Source: Glycera tridactyla (Eukaryota). From it: a DNA stretch of 39,176 nt. The stretch is taken from positions 50,430,825 to 50,470,000 of the forward strand of contig OZ286460.1 in NCBI GenBank assembly GCA_965644265.1, written 5' to 3'. The translations under genes and the position numbers were made by a program. The notes beneath the pieces were generated by a model that worked only from the letters and a program-made list of their open reading frames with translations, did not search any database and was not told the origin of the DNA. Positions within the stretch are counted from its first letter, which is position 1. Each line of letters opens with the position of its first letter. This document shows, one piece after another, positions 1 through 11,207 of this stretch.

Positions 1-1110
1 TTGGGATAGAATATGTGACTGTTTGATTCAATCGAAAATAAAAACGGGAAAATCATTTCAATATGCGAGTTTTGATAGAAAGAGGCCCACTTCAATGAAC
101 AGATCGACGGCACTACTCGACAAACACCTTTCCAAAATGTCAATTTCCAAGCCTGAGCCTGGGTGGTTATGAAAAAAAAATGAATACCATTGGATTCACA
201 AGTAAATTTGCTTCAAGATAGGATATGTGACTGTTTGATTTTACAGAGATTGATATCAGAAAAAAACACCACAATATGCAAGTTTCGGGAGAAACTGGCT
301 GACTGCTATTACTGCAGATCAACGGCACTACTCAACAGACACCTTCTTAAAATGTCAATTTCCCAGCCTGACCCTGGGTGTTTATGAAAAAAAATGAATA
401 CCATTGGATTCACAAGTAAATTTGCTCCAAGATAGGATATGTGACTGTTTGATTTTATAGAGATTAATATCGGAAAAAAACACCACAATATGCGAGTTTC
501 GGGAGAAACTGGCTGACTGCTATGACTGCAGATCAACGGCACTACTCAACAGACACCTTTTCAAAATGTCAATTTCCAAGCCTGAGCCTGGGTGTTTATG
601 AGAAAATAATGAATACCATTGGATTCACAAGTGAATTTTCTTCAAGATCGGATATGTGACTGTTTGATTTTATAGAGATTGATATCGGAAAAAAACACCA
701 CAATATGCGAGTTTCGGGAGAAACTGGCTGACTTCTATGACTGCAGATCAACCGCACTACTCAACAGACACCTTTTCAAAATGTCAATTTCCAAGCCTGA
801 GCTGTGGTTTTCACGAAAAAATAATGAATACCATTGGATTCACACAAAAGTTTGCTTTAAGATAGGATATGTGACTCTTTAATTTGATAGAAAATAACTT
901 CGGGAAATGCATCACAATATGCGAGTTTGGGGAGTATAATACATGCAAGTGAGACTTGAGGCAGCATTTCAATCATTTCAGCCCTGTATATGCTCTCAAA
1001 AACACAAATTTCCAAACCTGAGCCTGGTGGCTTACAAACACATATTATACATCAAAATGTTCACACTGAGCCCTTCTTCAAGATGGGATATGTGACTGTT
1101 CAATTTTTCT
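1..1110. repeat. Tandem array of ~214-bp units (~5 copies, running off the left edge, last copy degenerate)
   Basis: Anchor GATAGGATATGTGACTGTTTGATT recurs at ~4, 217, 431, 646, 861 and 1082 (spacings 213-221 bp). ORFs 190..387 and 679..882 are translations of the same unit. Confidence 0.92.
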
Positions 1111-2188
1111 GAGCTATCGATGTAAAAAATGGTGTTGAAAAAATGTTTTGACTTACTTTGACTACAGTTCCAACATAATACATCCCAGCCATATGAAACC
1201 TATACCATCCGAACCAGTGTAAAGATTGCAATCAACTGGCCAAATTTCAAAGCCCTATCCCCACTGGCCGCCGAGTGATGACAAGTTGATGAGCAGATGT
1301 CAAGCTAGAGTACGGTGTCAAAGGAATACAGCCACTTTGAAGTCGCCAAGTGCTGTTCGCGCCTATGTTGAGCTTGCTCGCTCGCTAACGATCACTTTTC
1401 ACGCCTTTCGATCACACCTTTTTGATGTGATATCACAGTGAATACCCCACAAATATTGTTATCAACATAAATGCGAAAAAAGTGAGTCAAAATATCGATT
1501 ATCTATCAAGTTATACGCAAAAGAGTGAGACAAGGTTGACCCGATCATGTGATTTCGCCGACAGTGAGCTCGTTGGATGGACTAGCTATCAATTATTCAA
1601 CCAATCAACCCATCATTCTATCGACTCATCCATCAAACAACACTTCTTCTTTCCATTTGCTGCTGGACCCCATAATCCAATATGGAATTAATTGATTCAT
1701 TTCTTCGATCTGATTTCAAGTATAAGGGGAGACCAGGGTCCAGAACATAAATTTGGCAGTCGATCTCAAACTCATCTTTATCACATACAGGGTTCCCTCG
1801 TTAATGTGGTCCCTCTTATCGACATGCATGAACAAAAGTTGGAGTTCGGTTGTACTTTTCGGTCACTCGAACATGCCCGCAAGCTGAGCGCACCCAGAGA
1901 CCCGTCAAAATTTACATTGCTGGAAGCAGACGTCTCTGTTAAGTGTGGTAACTTTGAACACTGTGAACAGCGGAACTCAGGTTTGTTTTGATTCCGAAGA
2001 AATAGTCGCAAAGGTAAGACAATTCTTCAACCTCCCCACCAGCTCGTTTAGTACCAGTGATCGCGCTGGCCTGCCGCTCTGTGATTATGTGACTACTGGT
2101 AACGCGCTAAGATGTCGAAGACTGTAAGTGTTGATTCAGGTTAGAAAACCCTTATTGGAATTCCTATCTTTTCAATGCTAATTTCGGT

Positions 2189-5100
2189 CACGGTAACCCT
2201 AAAGACCGAAATGAGTCGAAATACACTGAAATATACCGGAATAAACATGAAAATACCGGAATACCAATATAAGTCATTTATTTCATTATACATGTTAAGC
2301 GTCATTGACGGATCTGCGCGATCGGCCGATATCGCTGCGCCAACAATTGATCGGCCTTTGGCGCAGGAATCGATCGATGGCGCTGCGCTATCGATAGCCA
2401 AGGAGGAGAGTTTGCCATGAATCGTAACTTTGAACTCATATTTGGAGGGGATAAACACTAATAAACACGTTGAAAAATCATGAAACCTGAGTCAGATAAT
2501 CTACCAGTCATGGTCTTTACACCTCCATTATCGCTTTTGCTGAAATATCCAGCATTAAAGTGAGAGATGGGTCAGTGAAAAAACAAGATGGCGGCGATTG
2601 TTTACATCTGATATCGCCGACTTTCGGCCAAGATTTTACGACATAAGTTCATTGAAATCAAGATGTGGTACATACAGTCGATGGGGAATTTTGTTTCCTT
2701 CATATCTCAATGTGTATAGCAAATGAAATCTGTCAATTGGCTTGCCATTCATCGATTGTTGCGCGATCGATCGACCACGGCACCATCGATCGATCGGTCG
2801 TTGGCGCAGCGCCATCGGCCTATGGCGCCGATTGGCCGATGACGCGTAACATACACAAGCTGGACATGGCCCACAATGCGTAATTGATTGTTGGGAGAGA
2901 CTATTGATGTTATGATCGTCGTTTAATCGAGAATTTGGTGGGGTATTGCGTGTCAAATCCAAGATGGTGGCTTTGTTTACAATATTGGAGGAGGCATCGA
3001 TATATTCCAAGGGCTGTATCGGCAAAACTACTCGATATATCTCTTTCATATTTGAGAATCATATGCATATATAGTGGCTCCATATATGCTGTGATTCTGG
3101 CGGTTATTTACCGAGGAGTGGCGCTACTTTGAATAGGCCTTGAACGATTTACCACGGGTACGAATCGATAGTATCGCGATAAACAGCTCACGATACGATA
3201 TCTCCACGATATATCTCATGTATTTTGCAAAAACATCAAGAAATTGGCATCTTTTTCCTGGCACCCCACACTGGTAATAATAGTCAGAAACTTACGAAAA
3301 AATTCGCTCCTGCAGATTGAGGGATGCCAAAGAACCGGATCACCTCGGATTGTCGATAAGACACAGTTAAATGATATTTTCGGGCAGCCAAACATGTGGT
3401 GTGAAGTGGGCGAAAATGAGGAACTTGCTGGAAAAACAAAACCTTCCTGGCTTTGCGCTTTCGCCATGCAATGTATATGAGTGATATATGGACAAATCTC
3501 CATATCAAACGAATCCCGATAACATTGTGCAGCACACTGCGCAAACGGTTTAGCAGTATAGTTTTCTCATGATGGCAAGGTGAAAAAATGTGTCGCAACC
3601 AAAAGTGAGTGAAAAATCAAGATGGCGCCTGTCGGAATAACACAACGTGAGTTTCACTCTGCTTGCCTTTCAGCGCAGTTCACGCCAAGAAACATTTGTT
3701 TTGGTGCTCAAATATGAATACCAATCAGTTCCCACTAGTTTATGAAAATATAATTGAATTAAATGGTTATTTGTAGAATAATTTTCGCAAGCGCGAGATG
3801 ACAACAAGATGCGCAGAAGACGTATTTTCATTGGTTCATTCACCCTGGCTGCGCAGGTATCGAAGCACCATGGCTGCGCCCTAGAACAAATAGATTTATC
3901 ACGTTTGACGTGTGTTTCTCGCTGTTTTTCATCAGTTAACAAATCTGACGATATATCGTGAAATTTTTCGGGTGTATGGTGACCGTGCCGATACGAGAAA
4001 AATAATCGATCAGTGAGTGTATCGGCGAATCGTTCAAGGACTAACTTTGAATGGTATACTCAAAATACGAGGGCGTTTCCCGCCATTTCCTATGGTGACG
4101 TCACCTTCATCACGATTTAGGGATACCCTGGGGAATCACCGGAATATATATCAGAGAACATACTTGAATTTTTCCTCTCGATATTGGAGTGGATATGCAT
4201 ATATATCATTACTACATATTATGCGATTATGAGATGATTTTAATATATTCTCTATTGGAATTTGAGTGGGGTAGTTACCCAGATGCGAGGGTGTTTCCCG
4301 TCAGTGTATTAGCTAGCCATACGTCCAGCTGTCATTTGGACCCCCTATCTTGATATTGGACGGCCTCTTGAATCAACAGGGTGTCCAGTAGGGTGTCCAT
4401 TAATCCCCTTAGTCAATACTATGACAGTAGTACTAGAAACAACACCAGTTGCTCTTCAGGGCATTAAATTTGGTAATCAAACACAAGAGAGTTAATCCTT
4501 GCCTAATTAGTCAGTGGAGTAATCACTTGCTCATTACCTTCCACCTCAAACATTGTGGAGGGTCTAGCCAGTGGTCATCCCAGCCTCATTGAGGTAATCA
4601 TACTGCTACCTTATAGCCTGCTCACAAATATTCTGATCTGTTTTCATTGCCTAAAATGCTCGATGACATCACTGCCACTATAAAGCCTGATCGGTTTATT
4701 GGCATTACTACAGTCAAGATTCAGCTTTAGAATACAAAATTGTGTTCTATAACAGAACAGATTCATATAATGGATTGAGACCAGTGCTTGATGATGAATT
4801 GCAGCATTTCAGATATTTCTTGTCATCAAGTGAAGCTCAAATTTTGAAATTGACTAAGAGACAGCTAGCAATAACTCCTGTGATAGAAAAACTAAGTTGA
4901 ATGAAGGTCATTTATAAATCAATATAAGATATTCAGGAAAGCATTGTAATATTATTTCAGGGCATGCTGAAACTACCCGTTCGCGTTATTTTTCTCATTT
5001 TCGGAAAATGTCGTTCGCGCTATTTTTCTGACTTTGGGAAATATTTGGACACCCTGTTTTGGCTGGCTGGCTAACACCCTGTTTCCTGCCATTTTTTCGA

Positions 5101-5534
5101 TGGTGACGTCACCCTTGTGACGATTCAGGGATGCCCTGGGGAATCACCGGAATAAACACTGATAAACTGACAGGGATTCCCTGTCTTCACCATCCTATTT
5201 CGAGATGAAATACTTGATGAAAATTCATCAAACTTGCAGCGATCATTCCACAATTGATATATTTGGTTTTTGGATTGACTCAGCAGTTGCCGAAATATTC
5301 AGCATCAATTAGGTCAGGTTCGGAGATCGGCAGTGAAAATCCAAGATGGCAGCTTTGTTTACATTCGTCCAAGCACTGATATCGGCCAAAACAATGCAGA
5401 AAGTAACCCTACATGGTGATAGGACGCAGCAAATACCAACTGTGATGATATATCTGTCTTTATTTCTGTTTATTCCTCTTTATTTTGGTATATTCATGTT
5501 TATTCCGGTATATTTCGGTATTTAGTACTACCCT
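2189..5534. mobile_element. Possible composite hAT-like non-autonomous element (degenerate outer ends), host of the 3134-4043 insertion
   Basis: Perfect 24-nt inverted pair GAAATATACCGGAATAAACATGAA at 2228-2251 and 5493-5516. Degenerate terminal similarity (CGGTAACCCTAAAGACCGAAAT vs the reverse complement GGGTAGTACTAAATACCGAAAT). TSD-like TTTCGGT/TTTCAGT flanks. The ends are not clean, so this could be two independent copies instead. Confidence 0.35.
3134..4043. mobile_element. Non-autonomous hAT DNA transposon (910 bp)
   Basis: 16-bp TIRs TAGGCCTTGAACGATT (3134-3149) and AATCGTTCAAGGACTA (4028-4043), 1 mismatch. Perfect 8-bp TSD ACTTTGAA at 3126-3133 and 4044-4051, the length typical of hAT. 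No transposase ORF. Confidence 0.88.
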
Positions 5535-5705
5535 TTCAGTTGTATGGACACAGTAAATGAAGACGGTATCAGGACAACACGTAACCAAGAGCGCTCGTAC
5601 CCCGCATATCGGCGGGACCACTTGTACCCAGGCCAGGGCAACTGGTTTGTCACTATCATTATCGGAAAACTGTTTGAGATTCTCGGTTGATCATTCTAGC
5701 AATTA

Positions 5706-5780
5706 CAGTCAAACCTCCCTATAACGACCACCCTCGGTCGCACGCTAAGTGGTCGTTATAGAGAGGTGGTCGTTATTGAA
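5706..5780. mobile_element. Left end of a Tc1/pogo-type MITE (truncated)
   Basis: TA-CAGTCAAACCTCCCTATAACGACCACCCTCGGTC matches the left end of the full element at 30083-30928. No matching right end nearby. Confidence 0.65.
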
Positions 5781-5879
5781 TCAGTCTGTGGTCGGCAAGT
5801 GACATTTGGCGTGTTTAACCATCTTCACCATTCTGTACATGTCTCCACACAAAGAAGAGCCCGGTTTTGCCATCATCAA

Positions 5880-7130
5880 TAAATACCCAGCCTCCCCAAA
5901 CTTGACACAGATAGATTCCATATAGCATTCTCTAATGAATGCCAGCCACGGATGTGGTCTTCCAACAGGCCTGATTGATTTTGGGGTAAAAATTGGTTTT
6001 CCAGAAACAGATTTTTCTAAAGATGGTGGCTGTCCATAGCTACACCCAATTTGGCATGGATGCAATTTATAGACTTCCCTAATGGCTGCCAGCCATAGAT
6101 GGGGGTGGCTTGCTGGATTTTGGGGTCGAAATTGCTTTTTCAGAAACAGATTTCCCCGAAGATGCTGGCTGTCTATAGCCACACCAGACTTGGCATGGAT
6201 GCAATTCGTAGCATTCCCTAATCAATGGCTTTTCAGGAATGGATTTTTCTGAAGATGGTGGCTGTTCATAGCTACACCAAACTTGGCATTGATGCAATTT
6301 ATAGCATTCCCTAATGAATGCCAGCCATGGATCGGGTCTCACAACAGATCCGATCAATAATGGGGTCAAAATTTGTTTTTCAGAAACAGCTTTTTCTAAA
6401 GATGGTGACTGTCCATAGCCATGCCAAACTTGGTTTAGATGCAATTCATAGCATTCCCTAATGAATGCCAGCCATGGATCAGGTCTCACAACAGACTTGA
6501 TCAATTTTGGGGTCAAATTTGTTTTTCAGAACCAGCTTTTTCTAAAGATGGTGAGTGTCCATAGCCATGTCAGACTTGTTTTGGATGCAATTCATAGCAT
6601 TCCCTAATGAATGCCAGCAATAGATGGGGTCTCCCTAAAGGCCTGATCAATTTTGGGGACAAAATCGTTTTTTTTTTCAGAATTGGATTTTTCTAAAGAT
6701 GGTGGCTGCCCATAGCTACACCAAATTTGGCATGGATGCATATCATAGCATTCCCTCTGAATGCCAGCTATGGATGGGGTCTCCCAATGGGCCTGATTGA
6801 TTTTGGGGTCAAAATCAGTCTTTCAGAAATGGATTTTTCTAAAGATGGTGGCTGTCCCTAACTACAGCATACTCATCACAGATGCATTTCATAGTGTTCC
6901 CTACCAAATGTTGGTCATGGATGGGGTCTCCTTATAAGCCAGATTGATTTTAGAGACCAAATTGTTTTTTCAGAGATGCATTTTTCTAGAGATGCTGGCT
7001 GTTTATATTCACATCAAACTTGACCCAGATGCAAATCACAGGATTCCTTGATGAGTGTCTGCATGTTTGGAGTCTTCCAACAAGCCTGATTGATTTTCGA
7101 AACAAATCTACATTTTCAGAAAAGTGATAG
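5880..7130. repeat. Tandem array of ~147-bp units (~8 copies, diverged)
   Basis: Anchor (A)AAGATGGTGGCTGTCC at 6022, 6161, 6254, 6401, 6547, 6698, 6844 and 6991. Intact spacings are 146-151 bp; two units carry deletions. A related fragment lies at ~7380-7500. Confidence 0.9.
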
Positions 7131-7729
7131 TGCCAGTCACATGCCAGACTAGACTTGACACAGGTACCTTTCGTAGCATCCCCCAATGACCCCAGCAGAC
7201 GACAAAATAGTTGTTGGCTCTGCATCCCAACTCAACCACCACATATATCGATGTCTTCTTACACAATCCTTATCAATTCCGGGGACAAAGTTGCTGGGGG
7301 ACAAAGTTGCTTTTCCTGCAATGGTATGCAGTGCCATCCCCGAATGGATGCAATCCATGTCTCATTGATGTTTGAGAGAACAGATCTACAGAAACAGATA
7401 TTTTCAAATGTTGGTACCTGTCCCCACCGGGACCCACACCAGCATTGACATGGATGTATTTCATAGCATTCCCTAATGAATATATCAGTATTTCAGAAAC
7501 AGTATGCACCCATCTTTGAAGCAGCATCACAGTTTTGCTTGTGTAATTCTAGGTAAACATACTTTCCTAGATGCCATGTGTTATGTGGCTTCATCAAGGC
7601 AAGGTCCGCCCTTCGACTCAGTGAAGGCTATGTTTAGTCAGATATTTGTTATCTGACTATTTTGAATACTCTTGGAAATCACTTATTTCAGTGTTTGACT
7701 TCAGAAGCCATCCACATCTCTGAATAGGC

Positions 7730-7755
7730 TTTGTGATTTTTCCAGGTGCAGTGCG
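7730..7755 (+). other. POLH: Splice acceptor 10 nt upstream of the POLH start codon, implying an upstream non-coding first exon
   Basis: TTTGTGATTTTTCCAG|GTGCAGTGCGATG: pyrimidine tract plus CAG ending at 7745. Human POLH also has a non-coding first exon (recalled). Confidence 0.55.
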
Positions 7756-7880
7756 ATGGAGCGTGTGGTCGCGCTAGTAGATATGGACTGCTTTTATGTG
7801 CAGGTTGGACAACGGTCGAGACCTGAACTCCGTGGAAAACCATGTGTGGTGGTGCAATATAAAAAATACAAGGGCGGCGG
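7756..7880 (+). CDS. POLH: DNA polymerase eta, coding exon 1 (MERVVALVDMDCFYVQVGQR...VVQYKKYKGGG)
   Basis: Y-family palm motif DMDCF, Pol eta VVQY..KGGG motif, donor GTAAGA at 7881, phase 2. Confidence 0.96.
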
Positions 7881-8537
7881 GTAAGATCACCTGACAAATA
7901 CAGCTGCATTAGAACAATATTTCCTGTAGCAATTTCAACTAAAGCAGCCATTACATATTTAGCCAAATTCCTCATGCTATAGCCGGGAGCATTCTGACAT
8001 GAGATCAATTTGGCATAACTATAATTCTGAATTGGATTATTGAGTTCCAGACATGAGGAGCTTTAAGAAAGGATACAATCTCTGTCTTCATTTGCTAAGT
8101 TAGACTAATTCCTTTCAGCCAGTTTGGCCTGGGACTTGTCAATTTCTATAGCCTGATCATATGAAAAAAAGCTTTAGCCCTTGGGTAACTGGTTTGGCTA
8201 GCATCAACACCAGAATTAGGACTTGATCACTACTAGCTATGAGATTTTGAGAAAAATATCTATGAGTCGAGCAAAGAGTAGTGATTCAATCCAGTTATGG
8301 TATCAGAATGGAAAATAGCTGTGAAATAATGAAGTGGGGTTTTGCCTACCAAAATCTGGAGAGAATCTATTTATTTCAGATTTGATGATATGCTTTTAGG
8401 CTAGATTGGTAAGTTGGATTTTAATTGCATGTTCCAACTAACCTCAGGGAAGCTTTCAGTGTATATTTAACTGTATACAGATGATGCATTAACATTACTA
8501 GAACACTGACAGGATATTCTACATGCATATGTTTCAG

Positions 8538-8672
8538 TATTATAGCTATTGGATATGAGGCTCGTTATCGTGGTGTCAAGAAAGGGATGCATCTCAAAGA
8601 TGCCAAAAAGGTGTGTCCTGATGTACAGTCTATACGTGTCCCAGAAGTGCGTGGCAAAGCTGATCTCACATG
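8538..8672 (+). CDS. POLH: DNA polymerase eta, coding exon 2 (IIAIGYEARYRGVKKGMHLKDAKKVCP...RGKADLT)
   Basis: TTTCAG acceptor and GTATGT donor. 135 nt, in frame. YEAR, AKK.CP and RGKADLT motifs align with human POLH. Confidence 0.95.
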
Positions 8673-9523
8673 GTATGTTGACCGAATCCAGTGGTTTCAT
8701 GGCAGTGAGAAATCTCTTGTTGGATCAGTGTTTGTGTTATCATTTAATGCTTGTCTGAAATCACAGTTTCTTTGGATGATTTGTCAGAAATTCAAGAACA
8801 GTCATGGGGGGGATGGGGGGGTAGAGATGAGGTGAATTATGAATGTCCACTATCAATATGATCATAGATCCTGTTCTTCAGATAGTTAACACTCAGGATA
8901 TAGTCAGGATTGCTTATTTCTTCAAGTGAGAAATTACAAAAGTGTTTTAATGTGGCATCCAGGATGCCCTATATGATTAACATAATGCCGTATTTTGAGA
9001 TTGAGCCATGTCACCTGAACTGTGTTGTGCATATAGAATCTTTCCTCCACCCCCTTCACCTCCTGAGACCCCCCCCCCAAAAAAAAAAAATAACAAAATA
9101 ATAATAATAATAAATCCCCATTACATTCATCATCTGATATATTATATTAATATCAATGGCAGGTTCTGTATTTCAATAATGAATACCTTGGAAAATAGGA
9201 ATTACCCAGTAAAGACACAGGGGGTGTAAGGATTGTAAAGTCAGACCCAAACTGTCATACTGCTCACAGGCCTGCACTTGATAACCAATCATGACCAATA
9301 ATTGGCTGTTGAAATAACTGATCCTCAGCATTACCTTTTGATATGGTCAAAAACTTCTCACAGGCATTTTTGAAATTCAGACTTCAAAACTGTGTTTTGG
9401 TGCTTCTCCCAGGCAGGAAACTCAGTCAAGTTTGCATTTTAACTACACTTTCACACACATCATTGTCTGCAGGTACCTGGTGGGATCTGATCAGAAATGT
9501 TCATCTGCACTGATATGTTTCAG

Positions 9524-9923
9524 TTTCCGGGAGGCAGGTGCTGAAGTCATAAAAGTTCTGAGTCGATTCAGCTCATGTGTTGAGAGAGCAAGCATTGATG
9601 AAGCTTACATAGACCTCACTGATGAAGTCAACACAAGATTGGCAGACATGGATGCCAGCACTCTACAGCCAGAGCAGCTTGCCAACACATTCGTCATCGG
9701 GTGGGAGGGAAAGAAAGAAGGTGATGATGCTGAAGTGAAGGAAGAGAATCGTAAGAAGTCCGTCCACGATTGGTTAGCTTCTCTTGAAGATGGGGACATA
9801 GATGAAGAAGTGTGTGAGCGTGATCGACGCCTTTCAGTTGCCAGCTTGATATGTGAAGAGATGCGAGCTGCAGTCTATGAAGAGACGGGATTCCGTTGTT
9901 CAGCAGGCATTGCTCACAATAAG
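9524..9923 (+). CDS. POLH: DNA polymerase eta, coding exon 3 (FREAG...ERASIDEAYIDLT...CSAGIAHNK)
   Basis: Catalytic SIDE motif and CSAGIAHNK. TTTCAG acceptor, GTACAG donor. 400 nt. Lies within ORF 9432..9932. Confidence 0.97.
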
Positions 9924-10390
9924 GTACAGTAAATTCTCTCCAATGCGGGCCATATAAACTGCCTGAATTGCAATGCCACTAATAGTGATGGAAATTCCAG
10001 GGATTGACACAGCTCAGATTCCTGGTGTTTTGCTTCACATCTGTGATTTGGAAAGTTGGATCTCAGCTTAAAAGCAGTGTTCCCCCAGGTGTAAGCAAAA
10101 ATTGTGCCTTTGTGGCAGTGAATAGCCTGAATTCAGACAACTGGGATGTAATCCAGAAAACATACAAATTGTAAAAATCAATTATCAGCGCTCCCGAAAT
10201 AACGTCGGTCCGTCGGTCAAAACAGGCTTATGTAAATAATGTCCGGCATAGAGTGCCTTCAATGCCGGTCATGATGTCCGACACCTGCTGTGCAGTCCAA
10301 CATCAAACCAGAGAGGGTGTTTACCCTCTCTGATCAGACCCAGCTGTGAACCTTTCACATGGGCAAATGATTGGTAAAATATGATAATAG

Positions 10391-10573
10391 CAGTCAAACC
10401 TGTTATGAGAGACAGTCTTCATACAAAGGCCACCTGCCTAGAAAGGCCACACTAATTAGAAAGCACAATTGAACATTTTCCACAGTGGACAACTTCTCCA
10501 CCAGGCCACCTGTCTAAAAAGGCCACTGTTTATGCGGCCAAGGGTTGTCTCTGTAGAGAGACAGGTTCAACTG
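10391..10573. mobile_element. Tc1/pogo-type MITE
   Basis: CAGTCAAACCTG...CAGGTTCAACTG-TA ends, with internal AAAGGCCAC motifs shared with other family members. Confidence 0.7.
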
Positions 10574-10685
10574 TATGGTTATTGCTCTTTTACCAACTCT
10601 GGACTGACATAGAAGTTTGCCCATTCCCTCAACAAACTCTCCAGATTGCTCACTGTGATGACATATCAATAAGAAGGTACATGTA

Positions 10686-10790
10686 CAGTGAAATTGATGA
10701 CAGGAGATCCCCAACAAGAGACCACCTCTTGAAAGAGACCACATTTTGCTGACATTGAGGATGGTCTCTCATCACAAGTCAATTTCACTG
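10686..10790. mobile_element. Tc1/pogo-type MITE (105 bp)
   Basis: Perfect 12-bp TIR CAGTGAAATTGA / TCAATTTCACTG with TA on both sides. Confidence 0.82.
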
Positions 10791-10817
10791 TATATGACAT
10801 GTGCAAGTAGTTTCCAG

Positions 10818-11207
10818 TAGTGTTAAGACGATTCGCTCAGAAATCGATTCAATGGATCAAATTGGGTTTCAATTCTATTAATCGATGTTACTTTGTCAGA
10901 ATCGATTTTTTTTGCTTTCATTTGCAGCAGGACAGATTTCATCATTGAATCTATTTTCTCTAGAATAATCAGATTCTAGTTATCATTTTTCAAGATTTAT
11001 TATTCTATCTTTCACTCTCCAGCATCTCATGACTCTTTTACAGATGAACTCATGCCTTCTCACTTCTCAAATCATGTCAGTCACCATCCCCCATGCACAA
11101 AATCTGTCTCCTTGAAGACTGGACTAAACATCGATCATAATTGATTAATCAATCAAAATAAATTCCAATTAAGCGATTCCAAAAATAGGTACCGATTCCT
11201 AACACTT
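10818..11207. mobile_element. hAT-type MITE
   Basis: Ends TAGTGTTAAGACGATT and CGATTCCTAACACTT. 8-bp TSD GTTTCCAG (10810-10817) / GTTTACAG (11208-11215), 7/8 identical. ATCGAT subterminal motifs. Confidence 0.75.

Noticed and set aside
190-882. Similar short ORFs at 190..387 and 679..882
   Set aside because: Translations of the 214-bp repeat.
1161-1176. ACTACAGTTCCAACAT resembling the ZNF143/SBS bidirectional-promoter motif
   Set aside because: Imperfect match at the edge of a repeat; too weak on its own.
1781-2011. - strand ORF with CSQC (zinc-finger-like), or an XPO5 first exon head-to-head with POLH as in human
   Set aside because: Only one CxxC with no second ligand pair, and no resemblance to the XPO5 N-terminus in the - strand frames I translated.
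5781-6516. 133-aa and 145-aa - strand ORFs with repeated PWLAFIREC motifs
   Set aside because: By-products of the 147-bp tandem repeat. No splice or homology support.
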